Virus record (IMG/VR): IMGVR_UViG_3300042013_000063
DNA: 64,000 nt
Source of the DNA: an uncultured virus (IMG/VR IMGVR_UViG_3300042013_000063)
Lineage: Duplodnaviria; Heunggongvirae; Uroviricota; Caudoviricetes
Direction: 5' to 3' (one strand)
Positions 1 to 8,515 of the stretch are shown piece by piece. A program made the translations under genes and the position numbers. The number at the start of each line of letters is the position of its first letter. Positions within the stretch are counted from its first letter, which is position 1. The notes beneath the pieces are model-generated. The model did no database searches. It saw only the letters and a program-made list of their open reading frames with translations, and was not told where the DNA came from.

Positions 1-408
1 GAGAAACGCCTGGTACAGACCGGTCCGGCGTACCCAAGTCGGTTCGAAGCGCTGGATGCATGTGCCGGTATCAATGCGCTCGATGAGTGTGAGTATGCGT
101 ACGTCACCGAGGACAGTCGTGTCGTTGGTATCTACCGTTACTACGATGTCACGCCCAATGAACCTGTGGGTAAAGGTCAGCGCCGGGTCATTATCCCCAA
201 GCGCGATCAGATGCTGGCTCGACAAGTGGCTGCCACCGCTGAACGTGCAGGCGTTAGCTGGTCAATTGGCGACGATCTGGCCAAAGCACTGGATCGCATC
301 AAAGCGGCCCATCCCAGTGCGATCTTCCACGCCCGTACGACTACCTCGGTGGAAGACGGCGAACCGATCAAGCACTTTAACCTCTCCATCACGCTGAAGG
401 GCAAGTAA
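1..408 (+). CDS. hypothetical protein (5'-truncated by window edge)
   Basis: Frame of ORF 166..408 stays open back to base 1; stop overlaps next start (TAATG). Confidence 0.7.
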   Translation, partial: EKRLVQTGPAYPSRFEALDACAGINALDECEYAYVTEDSRVVGIYRYYDVTPNEPVGKGQRRVIIPKRDQMLARQVAATAERAGVSWSIGDDLAKALDRIKAAHPSAIFHARTTTSVEDGEPIKHFNLSITLKGK

Positions 409-719
409 TGGACAAGGTACTTTCCACAACCGTTGTGGTAGCAGCGGTGGATAAGGGGAAAGACGATGACTTCTACCCAGTGCTTGCTTGGTTGCGGGAT
501 ACCTGCATCCCCGATATCCGGCCGTTGTATAACGTGATGAACGATCATTACGACGATGAGCTGAAGGCTGCTGCATTGGTCAAGCATCAAATGGAAGACG
601 GTTCGCATGTCTACGAATTGGTTCTCCATCACGGTCATCTTGAGAAACGTGTCCGCTCCGGCATCATGCGTCAAGCGCCGACGTTGGCCACCTTCATCAA
701 ACACCTCACTCAAGTGTAG
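408..719 (+). CDS. hypothetical protein
   Basis: 103-aa ORF translationally coupled to upstream gene; phage-like codon usage. Confidence 0.7.
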   Translation: MDKVLSTTVVVAAVDKGKDDDFYPVLAWLRDTCIPDIRPLYNVMNDHYDDELKAAALVKHQMEDGSHVYELVLHHGHLEKRVRSGIMRQAPTLATFIKHLTQV

Positions 720-725
720 AGCCCC

Positions 726-1172
726 ATGACTGAGATTAACACCCACTGCGTTGTCCACGTACCTTCCCTCACTGGCAAGTTGTTGATGCGTGTGCGGTTC
801 CAAGCGAACGCCAGTGACTACCGTCCTGTTGAATGGCCGGTGAAGCATCCGTACTGGTGCACCGGCTACGGTCGTACCTCTGGCGGTGAACACGCCATCG
901 TTGTGGCGTACGTCGAAGATGAGGCAGACATCAAGCGCAACTGGCCTGAAGCTGCCGACATCACGATCTCGGAAACCGACGCCGAGACCTACATCTTCAC
1001 CGATCGCTTCCAGCCACCTGACTGGATCAACGAGAAGTTTGGTTTCACGAACATCCGTGAACTCGATCACACCGACCCTGAAGACGTGACAGCTCGCTGG
1101 AAAGAAGTCGTAGCAACATACGGCAAATCCCGCGACATCAAACTCGTCTACCACCCAACACACCAAGTTTAA
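726..1172 (+). CDS. hypothetical phage protein
   Basis: 148-aa ORF packed in operon; contains YWCTGYG motif, function not recognised. Confidence 0.7.
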   Translation: MTEINTHCVVHVPSLTGKLLMRVRFQANASDYRPVEWPVKHPYWCTGYGRTSGGEHAIVVAYVEDEADIKRNWPEAADITISETDAETYIFTDRFQPPDWINEKFGFTNIRELDHTDPEDVTARWKEVVATYGKSRDIKLVYHPTHQV

Positions 1173-1183
1173 GGACTAAAGAG

Positions 1184-1390
1184 ATGACCGATACGTTCAA
1201 GTGCGAATGCTGCGGCAATGCTGACACGATTCACGCCACTCAGCAAACCTCCGCTGGTTACACCTGCCACCGTTGCAAAACTGGATCGTGGCACGGCCAA
1301 TTCCCCGAAGAGCAGTACAACTTCGACTTCCACGGCCCTGCCCTGAACGTCCCTGATCCGGATTCAGGACACACTACCAGCTTCAGCTAG
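1184..1390 (+). CDS. small putative zinc-binding protein
   Basis: AAGGA RBS; CECC...CHRC cysteine pairs. Confidence 0.7.
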   Translation: MTDTFKCECCGNADTIHATQQTSAGYTCHRCKTGSWHGQFPEEQYNFDFHGPALNVPDPDSGHTTSFS

Positions 1391-1395
1391 AGTAT

Positions 1396-1439
1396 CACCC
1401 GAGGACGGCGAAAGCCCTCCTCGGGATTCCTTTTTATTT
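1396..1439 (+). terminator. intrinsic terminator
   Basis: CCCGAGGA..GGC-GAAA-GCC..TCCTCGGG hairpin then TTTTTATTT after stop codon. Confidence 0.7.
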
Positions 1440-1473
1440 GGTAAGTTGTACATTTATAGTAAAAAGATACTTA

Positions 1474-1493
1474 ACCCTGATATCATGTAGGAC
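1474..1493 (+). promoter_or_regulatory. putative phage promoter motif ACCCTGAT-N6-TAGGAC (copy 1)
   Basis: Same bipartite motif at 5884-5903; both follow A-rich tracts and head operons. Confidence 0.55.
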
Positions 1494-1508
1494 CCCTAAG
1501 GGTATTCC

Positions 1509-1835
1509 ATGAAAATCAATTCTAAGGCCCCTACGGGCTTCATCCTCGACATTTCTCTCCTTCAGCATACCGTCGATAGCGAGGAGGTGATATCGCCTCT
1601 CGTTTGGCAGTATGTGATCGAACAGGACATGATCAACCAACTCGGTTTAAACGTGATTCCTACGGTTGAGCTATACCCATCCTTGATCAAACAAGTTGGG
1701 CTGGTTGTCTTTCTCCAGCATCATCTGAAGTTCAGTATTGTCAATTGCATTCCAGGACATCTCGTACTCTACCTGCGTTCATTTGAAGTAGAGGCTAAGA
1801 TAAACGGCACGACGCTGTTTATCGTGAAAAAATAA
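1509..1835 (+). CDS. hypothetical protein, small-gene array upstream of DNA polymerase
   Basis: 108-aa ORF with AAGGG RBS. Confidence 0.7.
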   Translation: MKINSKAPTGFILDISLLQHTVDSEEVISPLVWQYVIEQDMINQLGLNVIPTVELYPSLIKQVGLVVFLQHHLKFSIVNCIPGHLVLYLRSFEVEAKINGTTLFIVKK

Positions 1836-1862
1836 CCAGTATCCGATCAGGGGAAATTAGCA

Positions 1863-2489
1863 GTGAAATCTTACCGGATTCCATACACCCAGTTGGTCAG
1901 CATTTTGGCTGATCAGAAGGAACGATTGGCGGAAGACCGTATCGCCTCGCCTTTTGACAATGCCAGTGACCGTTTGATGTCGGAAGCCGCAGGCGAGTAC
2001 CTTAAACTGTACGTGCTGGGGCAACAGCGCTACCGACGTGGCCGGGTGACCGATGCTTTCACGAAGATGCTTTCGGTAATCGGATACCCCATCAAGAAGA
2101 TGAAGACCGCTGAGCTTGATAACCTTGAGGTGGACCTTGATGAGTTCTCCCTACGGTTGTCACACTTCGCTGACTACCTGCTGTCTGAGCTCGAAACTCG
2201 ACTGGCTTGGGCAGAATGCACGGTAAACGTGGATGAGTCACTCGAAGAAGTGATCATCACACTGGGCAAAGATCACCGCGTCAAACGTTACTACGAACTG
2301 GTGAAAGAGAATCGCAACCTGCGTGGTGGCGTCTCGGTCCCAGAAGAGATTCGCGAAATCGAAGACCTTGCGGAAGTGGAGCACATGTTCCAAGGTATCG
2401 TGAGCAGCATCTTCTCCCAAGTGGAGTCCGACGCTGTGCGTGAAGAACTGAAGAAGAAGTTCATCGACTTCATCTCTGAGAAGAACTAA
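1863..2489 (+). CDS. hypothetical protein
   Basis: 208-aa ORF, GTG start, AGGGG RBS. Confidence 0.75.
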   Translation: MKSYRIPYTQLVSILADQKERLAEDRIASPFDNASDRLMSEAAGEYLKLYVLGQQRYRRGRVTDAFTKMLSVIGYPIKKMKTAELDNLEVDLDEFSLRLSHFADYLLSELETRLAWAECTVNVDESLEEVIITLGKDHRVKRYYELVKENRNLRGGVSVPEEIREIEDLAEVEHMFQGIVSSIFSQVESDAVREELKKKFIDFISEKN

Positions 2490-2493
2490 CACC

Positions 2494-2949
2494 ATGAACG
2501 TACTCATTAGCGTCGACCCATTGACCGACCTAGTCAGTGATCTGTTAAAGGATGGACTGGGTTCGTACGCTTTCGACGGAATGCCTGTCACCATCGTTGG
2601 CGAAGCAATTGCCTACTTCAACGGTGCTGACATTGAGGAAGCGTTCAACTTTTTGATTGACACCTTCGTGCAGAAAGGTCTATGGACAGCTGAAAACGTC
2701 TCCAAGGTGGACGGTATCACCACGATGTTTGAAGCCATGTTTAATCTAAAGGACGAGGCTATACCCGGTGGAAAAACGTTAGTTGAGTATGACCGGGTAG
2801 GGAACCAAGCCATTGTGCGAACGATCCCTCCCGTCAAACCGCCTGACAAGTATCTCGCAGACCTAAAGGAAGAATTCGATCATGCGCTCGAGCGTAATGA
2901 TTTCTTTTCCGAAAGGATGCGCCGAGCTTTCGACGAAATATCCCGCTAG
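2494..2949 (+). CDS. hypothetical protein
   Basis: 151-aa ORF, tightly packed. Confidence 0.75.
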   Translation: MNVLISVDPLTDLVSDLLKDGLGSYAFDGMPVTIVGEAIAYFNGADIEEAFNFLIDTFVQKGLWTAENVSKVDGITTMFEAMFNLKDEAIPGGKTLVEYDRVGNQAIVRTIPPVKPPDKYLADLKEEFDHALERNDFFSERMRRAFDEISR

Positions 2950-3361
2950 CTACACAACTTACACGGTGACCCAGGTCACCGTCAATCTAGGAGCCAAACG
3001 CCCATGCTACGTTTTAACGGACTGCCCCGTTGATGACACCGTCCTTCGGCGCCACCAGCGAGACTTACACCGCATAGGCGTGAGACTTACTGTTGAGGAC
3101 CTCCTCAACTGGGCAATACTTGCAGGCAGCAGCCTTGACTTATACCCCATCGCCTCTACGCTCATTCGACTCACTTCAGTCGACTTGAGTGAGTTCCTCC
3201 CTGTCGTGACCACTACCCTGTCTGAACTCTGCCGCGATGTGCAGCCGATGTTTACTGGGATGAAGCTAAATGGCCACGTTATAGAGTACTCGGACGGCAC
3301 GATGGTAGTGGAAGTAAAGAATGTCATCGATCCGAAACAACTTACTCATTTTACCAATTGA
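2882..3361 (+). CDS. hypothetical protein (start uncertain, 2882 or 2897)
   Basis: Fills gap between neighbours; overlaps upstream gene in +1 frame. Confidence 0.65.
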   Translation: MRSSVMISFPKGCAELSTKYPASYTTYTVTQVTVNLGAKRPCYVLTDCPVDDTVLRRHQRDLHRIGVRLTVEDLLNWAILAGSSLDLYPIASTLIRLTSVDLSEFLPVVTTTLSELCRDVQPMFTGMKLNGHVIEYSDGTMVVEVKNVIDPKQLTHFTN

Positions 3362-3767
3362 GTTCTCTGAGGCATTCAGTATGATCGGCCAGAAGCTAGC
3401 CGCCCGTATTGGTGCCTCGGAACTTCTTTATGCCGCTGTAGCATTGTTTTCCTTCGAGGACTCTGGTCCCGGCGAAGCGATCATAGATGCTAATGGAAAA
3501 CTAGAGGAGGATATCATCTGGTGGTTAGATGACGTCCTGTCGTCCTACTACAACCTATTCGAACACGTGCGGACATTTCATAATGGGCAAGAACTTGACG
3601 AGGTTGTCTTCGATTCTGAAGAAGAAACGCTCTACATCTCCAGCAAAGCGCGTCCCGTTGTATGTCATCGTGGTCGATCTACCCGAATCAAACGATTGCT
3701 GCGAGACGATGCTGGATATCCAGATGGTCAATCACGGGAAGCAAGTGACAACGCTTTCTTTAGTTAA
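3321..3767 (+). CDS. hypothetical acidic protein
   Basis: 148-aa ORF; overlaps both neighbours. Confidence 0.7.
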   Translation: MSSIRNNLLILPIEFSEAFSMIGQKLAARIGASELLYAAVALFSFEDSGPGEAIIDANGKLEEDIIWWLDDVLSSYYNLFEHVRTFHNGQELDEVVFDSEEETLYISSKARPVVCHRGRSTRIKRLLRDDAGYPDGQSREASDNAFFS

Positions 3768-3996
3768 GAATGTGGTCACTGGCGAAGACCTCGGTGTTGA
3801 GTACGATGGTCGACTGGATGAGCGTGACAGACTCAACTTGAACAGCAGCCTCATTGATGCATGCAACTACATCCATAAAGCCCTTCATCCCCTGATTAAC
3901 CAACGCGACTTCAAACTCGTGATCATAGGAGCAGAAATCGATGACGAATCGGAATCGCTCTGGGTCTGGATCGACGACCCCGAAAATCCCCTGTAA
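3583..3996 (+). CDS. hypothetical protein (start uncertain: 3529, 3583 or TTG 3658)
   Basis: Reads as coding from LYVIVVDLPE onward; long +1 overlap with upstream gene. Confidence 0.6.
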   Translation: MGKNLTRLSSILKKKRSTSPAKRVPLYVIVVDLPESNDCCETMLDIQMVNHGKQVTTLSLVKNVVTGEDLGVEYDGRLDERDRLNLNSSLIDACNYIHKALHPLINQRDFKLVIIGAEIDDESESLWVWIDDPENPL

Positions 3997-4417
3997 CATC
4001 ATTATCGACTTCTTCTCGCGGTGGCTCGAGCATTTCCCGACAGAAGAGGTCGAACTCATTCTAGGTCAGATGATCTACGGCCTGATCAATAACAGCATGA
4101 TGCGCCAGTACGGGATACTGGTGAAGTACTTCATTGACACGGATGATAGTGCCGTTGTGCCACCAGCATTAAAATTAAAACATGTTGACGAGATATTTGA
4201 AGAGTGTCATCGAAATCTCATGATGCTCGACAAGGTCCTTTCAGTCTACCGTGGGCACAATATCCACGTGAGCAACGTAGTTTACGACAAGGTGGCTGGG
4301 AATGTGCGCTTCCTCATCACGAACGAAAGAGAGATCCGTCTTGATGGACGGTTACGCAGTCTATCACGACTTCATCGAGAACGTGGCAGTGATGGACGAT
4401 CACTGTTACGACGTTGA
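3941..4417 (+). CDS. hypothetical protein
   Basis: 158-aa ORF in overlapping chain. Confidence 0.7.
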   Translation: MTNRNRSGSGSTTPKIPCNIIIDFFSRWLEHFPTEEVELILGQMIYGLINNSMMRQYGILVKYFIDTDDSAVVPPALKLKHVDEIFEECHRNLMMLDKVLSVYRGHNIHVSNVVYDKVAGNVRFLITNEREIRLDGRLRSLSRLHRERGSDGRSLLRR

Positions 4418-4712
4418 CGAGATCTTCGCTCTGTTCGCCAAATGGAAAGGGATGTCAGACCGCCGCCGTGCGGACGTAATAGCGGACTACACTGACGTCC
4501 TGTTTAACAAGGGCACCGACGAAGGTGCAGACGACTGGGCCACGTTAGTATGTGCGATGGAGACTCTGTACAAGGATTTGGACAGACTCCTTCAAAACCA
4601 AGAAGTGCCCGTGTTTCACGTGGCTTACTATGAAGAACAAGAGTGTTTGGAATTCATCCTAGGGAAAACACGAGATGACCGTGATCATCCAAGAGTCTCG
4701 CATCCTAGCTGA
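4344..4712 (+). CDS. hypothetical acidic protein
   Basis: ATG at 4344 within ORF 4302..4712. Confidence 0.7.
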   Translation: MDGYAVYHDFIENVAVMDDHCYDVDEIFALFAKWKGMSDRRRADVIADYTDVLFNKGTDEGADDWATLVCAMETLYKDLDRLLQNQEVPVFHVAYYEEQECLEFILGKTRDDRDHPRVSHPS

Positions 4713-4995
4713 CCTTATTCCCGAGGTACACTACTACATGGACTCCGACTCACCCGTCACGGATGAGCTGCTGTCCTGCGTTAGTCTGTACCTCTCCAAG
4801 CTTGTCCGTAGAGCATTCCACCAACTCGTCGATGACGCCAGTTGCATGCACTGTGAACCTGATTGGCTACGGCGGCTACGAGGCGACCCCACGTTGATCG
4901 AGCTGTCGATCCTGACGTGGGTAGAGGTACAAGTGCTCGATAGCGAGGGCACATTTATAATCGTCACGAAGGAGACCCTTTCGCATGTTAAGTAA
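4675..4995 (+). CDS. hypothetical protein
   Basis: 106-aa ORF in overlapping chain. Confidence 0.65.
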   Translation: MTVIIQESRILADLIPEVHYYMDSDSPVTDELLSCVSLYLSKLVRRAFHQLVDDASCMHCEPDWLRRLRGDPTLIELSILTWVEVQVLDSEGTFIIVTKETLSHVK

Positions 4996-5383
4996 CTACA
5001 TCAATCAGAAGCTGTCGTTCGATACGGTGGCGCCGGGTATCCTTGGCACTAACCGCAAGGGCGGCACTCTCGTGGCGATGCTCGACTACAGCACCGCTGC
5101 CTTGTTTGGCGACGTGTCTGTCAAGCATGCCCAGATCCGCAACGTGTACCCGCAGCTGCCAGCTCAGGCTGGTTCGTACTTGTACGGTAAGTTCCTCTTC
5201 GCCGATGGCACCACTGAAGTAATCGGTGAACCGTGGATCGTGGCGAGCACCATCAAGGCTGTCATCACTCGCAAGTTGATCTTCACCATTGATCAGGACG
5301 TCACCAACGATACCGAGGGTAAAGCTCGGCAAGCGTGGCTGGCCAACGGCATCAGTGGATTTACAGTCGAAGTCGTCAACTAA
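4985..5383 (+). CDS. conserved phiKZ-like hypothetical protein (gp49-like by position and size)
   Basis: AAGGAG RBS; 132 aa, beta-rich; lies just upstream of the polymerase gene. Confidence 0.65.
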   Translation: MLSNYINQKLSFDTVAPGILGTNRKGGTLVAMLDYSTAALFGDVSVKHAQIRNVYPQLPAQAGSYLYGKFLFADGTTEVIGEPWIVASTIKAVITRKLIFTIDQDVTNDTEGKARQAWLANGISGFTVEVVN

Positions 5384-5414
5384 GGGCAGGGGCATACGCC
5401 CCTGTCTCTATGCC
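5383..5414 (+). terminator. hairpin followed by TCTATGCC
   Basis: GGCAGGGGC-ATAC-GCCCCTGTC stem-loop then TCTATGCC. Confidence 0.55.
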
Positions 5415-5428
5415 CTCAGGACACCGTA

Positions 5429-5872
5429 ATGGATACTGATATTCATCCCTACGTCGAAGACTGCGCCCTCTTGGTAATTTACGAGTATAGCCATGATTTC
5501 ATGAAGGCTTACCTTAATTTCCTTGAGGACGTGACCAAGGTCTTCAACAAACACAACTACAACGGGGACGACATCCCCGGTGATTACTTTGGTGTCACTT
5601 CCATGGTCGAACTGATGATCGACCGCGCCAAACCGTCTAATCAGGCACAAGGACTGGAGGAACACTCAGCCGATTGCATCTTCGATGACTTCGAAGACGC
5701 GATGGCACAGGACATCATAGAGGAGATGACCAATTTCCTCAACGATGCCCCTTACCCAGCTGGGATGCTAGAGATAGCTGCTACACTGGACGAGGAGCTG
5801 TATCTCATGGAAGTCTACTTTGATGTGGAGAACGATGCGACCTACTACTGTTTCGAGAACTGCAATGCGTGA
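5429..5872 (+). CDS. hypothetical acidic protein
   Basis: AGGA RBS; 147 aa. Confidence 0.75.
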   Translation: MDTDIHPYVEDCALLVIYEYSHDFMKAYLNFLEDVTKVFNKHNYNGDDIPGDYFGVTSMVELMIDRAKPSNQAQGLEEHSADCIFDDFEDAMAQDIIEEMTNFLNDAPYPAGMLEIAATLDEELYLMEVYFDVENDATYYCFENCNA

Positions 5873-5883
5873 ATAAATAAAAG

Positions 5884-5903
5884 ACCCTGATCTACTATAG
5901 GAC
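5884..5903 (+). promoter_or_regulatory. putative phage promoter motif ACCCTGAT-N6-TAGGAC (copy 2)
   Basis: Matches 1474-1493; followed by 5'UTR hairpin GAGTGGTTGGC-TCCG-GCTAGCCACTC. Confidence 0.55.
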
Positions 5904-5963
5904 GCAGAGTGGTTGGCTCCGGCTAGCCACTCGTCACCAAGTTATCTAAGGGTTTTGAACTAT

Positions 5964-8249
5964 ATGGCTAATCCATTTGTTCTTGATAAGTCAGAGTACA
6001 AACGAGATCTTGACTTGCTCAAGGGGTACTTCTCGCAGAACACTCTTTTTTTGCACAAAATGACACGCCAGCCACGCGAACGTTGCCTTAAGTCTATCCG
6101 CACGCAGGTTTCACGCGGGGGCAAGTTCCCGATCAAAGACCCTAACATGCTGATCCTGCGACAAGAGTCGCCGGGTAACCGGGTCAAGAGCGAAGTCACG
6201 TTCCTGAACTACGTGAAAGAAGTCACCAACACCAATCGAATCCTTTCCCCGTCGATGGTGTGCTATGAACGTCCAGAAGTCCTGAAATCTCCGACTGCTA
6301 CATTCGTTGAGGTGGGTATTGCTGGGCGTAAGAAAGCCAAGAACGAAATGTTCCGTGCACGTACTGACGGTAACAAGACACTGGACAAGATCAAGAACTC
6401 TGAGCAGAACGCCAAGAAGATCGCGATCAACTCCCTGTCCGGCATGCACGGTTTCGCCGGTAACATCCTGTACGTGAAGTCGGGCCACAGTTCCCTGACC
6501 TCGATGTGCCGTACTGCTACAGGTTACGGTAACGCCAACAACGAACGTCTGCTAGCGGGGTCACGGCATTATTGGTCGGTGGACATTGCGTTAGCCAATA
6601 TGCTCTCTCTCATCGACACCCAGCCATTGGATGAGTTTGAGCGGGCCATGCAGGAATGCGGTCTGGTGTACCCTACAGTCGAAGAGACTGCTGCGTGCAT
6701 CAAGCGGTCTACTGACTTGTACTGGCGTGTACCGGCTCAGTTTGCCAAGCTGGTGGACTTCATCGAGACCCTTGACCCTATCGAACGGGCTGTGGTCGTC
6801 TACACCGGTGACATGTACCACATTGCCAAGTTCAATGATGGGTTCATGCGCGGTTTCATGGACACCATCATTAAGTACGACCCGCTCACCGACGGTGCTT
6901 CGTATGACTTCCTTGAGAAGCCAGCGGACTACTTGAAGACGATTGACGGTGACACGGTTACTCTGGCCACGTATTTGAATGCTGACATGCTCAAAGACGT
7001 GGACATGGGCATGAAGATGGACGGGGACAAGCTGGTCAAGGAGAACAAGACCTTCGACCTTGAGAAGTTGATCAAGCTGGAGATGTGGGATCAAGTCCGC
7101 ACGATCGCCAAGACGGCTTACAACATCATCAACTCGTTGGACAAGTACTTCACCTTCATCCGGGTCTTCCTGACTCCGAAGAGCCTGCCGCCTACCGTGG
7201 CGAACATCAAGGGTATCCTCCGTCGTGTGGTACTGGCGTCTGACACAGACTCCACGATCTTCACCACGCAGGAATGGGTAGAATGGTACACCGGCGGTGG
7301 CAACCGCTCCAAAGAAGGCGACGGCATCTGGTACACCACCACGTACATCGCCTGCCAATGCATCATTCACGTGCTGGCTATGTTCTCGGCCAACATGGGT
7401 GTCAGTCCTTACGACCTACACCGCTTGTCCATGAAGAACGAGTATGCCTTCCCTGTATTTGCACTGACTAGCCGCGCTAAGCACTACTTCGCGTTCATGT
7501 CGTGCCAAGAAGGTAAAGTGTACGAGAAGTACGACATGGAGATCAAAGGGGTAGCATTGCGCAGTTCGGCAGTGCCGATCGATGTGATCAAGCGGGCCAA
7601 GGAGTTGATGACCGAAGTCCTCACCACAGCCGATGAAGGTAGGCAGTTCCATCTGAACTACCTGTACCACATCGTCTGGGAATGGGAACAGGACATCTAC
7701 GCCTCGATCAAGCGTGGGGAACACAAGTACCTCAAGTCTGGTCAGATCCAAGAAAGTTATGCCAACATGGAAACCTCGAACTATCGCCACTTCATCATGT
7801 GGAACGAAGTGTTCGGGCCCAAGTACGGCATGGTAGACAAGCCGCCGTACTCGATCATTAAGGTGCCGCTGCGGATCAACAACAAGACTGACATGAAGGA
7901 CTGGATGACCCACATCGACGGTGTGGACAAAGAGTTCGGCTCCCGCATGATCAAGTACGCTGTTGAGAAGAACCGGGACACCATTGCTACCTTGCTGCTG
8001 CCTCAGCAGATCTTGGCTGGCACGGGTATGCCGGAGGAAGTGATGGAGTTCATCGACATCCGTCGTCTGACCTACGAGATCCTTGAGTCGTTTTACATGA
8101 TCATGGAATCGTGCGGTATCCTGCAAGTGGACAGTAAGTACGTCCGGTTGATCAGCGATATCTACCAGCCGCCTGATGCAGTGAACAACATCCCTGCCCC
8201 AACGGACCAGAACAGCATCATCCACGAGGGTGAGGAGTCGTGGGCATGA
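5964..8249 (+). CDS. split family-B DNA polymerase, subunit with motifs B and C (phiKZ gp50-like)
   Basis: QNAKKIAINSLSG (motif B) and VLASDTDS (motif C); no exonuclease domain or motif A; AAGGG RBS before ATG 5964. Confidence 0.9.
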   Translation: MANPFVLDKSEYKRDLDLLKGYFSQNTLFLHKMTRQPRERCLKSIRTQVSRGGKFPIKDPNMLILRQESPGNRVKSEVTFLNYVKEVTNTNRILSPSMVCYERPEVLKSPTATFVEVGIAGRKKAKNEMFRARTDGNKTLDKIKNSEQNAKKIAINSLSGMHGFAGNILYVKSGHSSLTSMCRTATGYGNANNERLLAGSRHYWSVDIALANMLSLIDTQPLDEFERAMQECGLVYPTVEETAACIKRSTDLYWRVPAQFAKLVDFIETLDPIERAVVVYTGDMYHIAKFNDGFMRGFMDTIIKYDPLTDGASYDFLEKPADYLKTIDGDTVTLATYLNADMLKDVDMGMKMDGDKLVKENKTFDLEKLIKLEMWDQVRTIAKTAYNIINSLDKYFTFIRVFLTPKSLPPTVANIKGILRRVVLASDTDSTIFTTQEWVEWYTGGGNRSKEGDGIWYTTTYIACQCIIHVLAMFSANMGVSPYDLHRLSMKNEYAFPVFALTSRAKHYFAFMSCQEGKVYEKYDMEIKGVALRSSAVPIDVIKRAKELMTEVLTTADEGRQFHLNYLYHIVWEWEQDIYASIKRGEHKYLKSGQIQESYANMETSNYRHFIMWNEVFGPKYGMVDKPPYSIIKVPLRINNKTDMKDWMTHIDGVDKEFGSRMIKYAVEKNRDTIATLLLPQQILAGTGMPEEVMEFIDIRRLTYEILESFYMIMESCGILQVDSKYVRLISDIYQPPDAVNNIPAPTDQNSIIHEGEESWA

Positions 8250-8473
8250 TCATGCCAGACATCTTCAACCCAGACGGCACCCTCAACGAAGAAGTGCACA
8301 ATGAACAATTGCGCCGCAGGAGAGCACACATGGCAGGCAAGACCGGTATCCCAGGGGTAGATGCATTATACCGCAAGCACCGCAACCAGCGGATCAAGTT
8401 CTTTGCCAGATGGCTCTTCCGAGCAGCCGTCGTGGTAGCCCTGGTCTACATTGTGGTTGAACTTAAGAAATGA
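8240..8473 (+). CDS. small putative membrane protein
   Basis: GAGGAG RBS; basic stretch then C-terminal hydrophobic helix (WLFRAAVVVALVYIVV). Confidence 0.65.
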   Translation: MGMIMPDIFNPDGTLNEEVHNEQLRRRRAHMAGKTGIPGVDALYRKHRNQRIKFFARWLFRAAVVVALVYIVVELKK

Positions 8474-8474
8474 C

Positions 8475-8511
8475 GGCATAGACTGGAGAGCCGCTTAGGC
8501 TCTCCAGTCTA
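8475..8511. terminator. hairpin terminator between convergent genes
   Basis: 14-bp stem TAGACTGGAGAGCC/GGCTCTCCAGTCTA, preceded by GGCA. Confidence 0.8.
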
Positions 8512-8515
8512 GACC

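Noticed and set aside
5913..5963. N-terminal extensions from the ORF track (also 27313, 42676, 45969, 52465, 54879, 56766)
   Set aside because: They run through hairpins or promoters; downstream ATGs have better RBSs.
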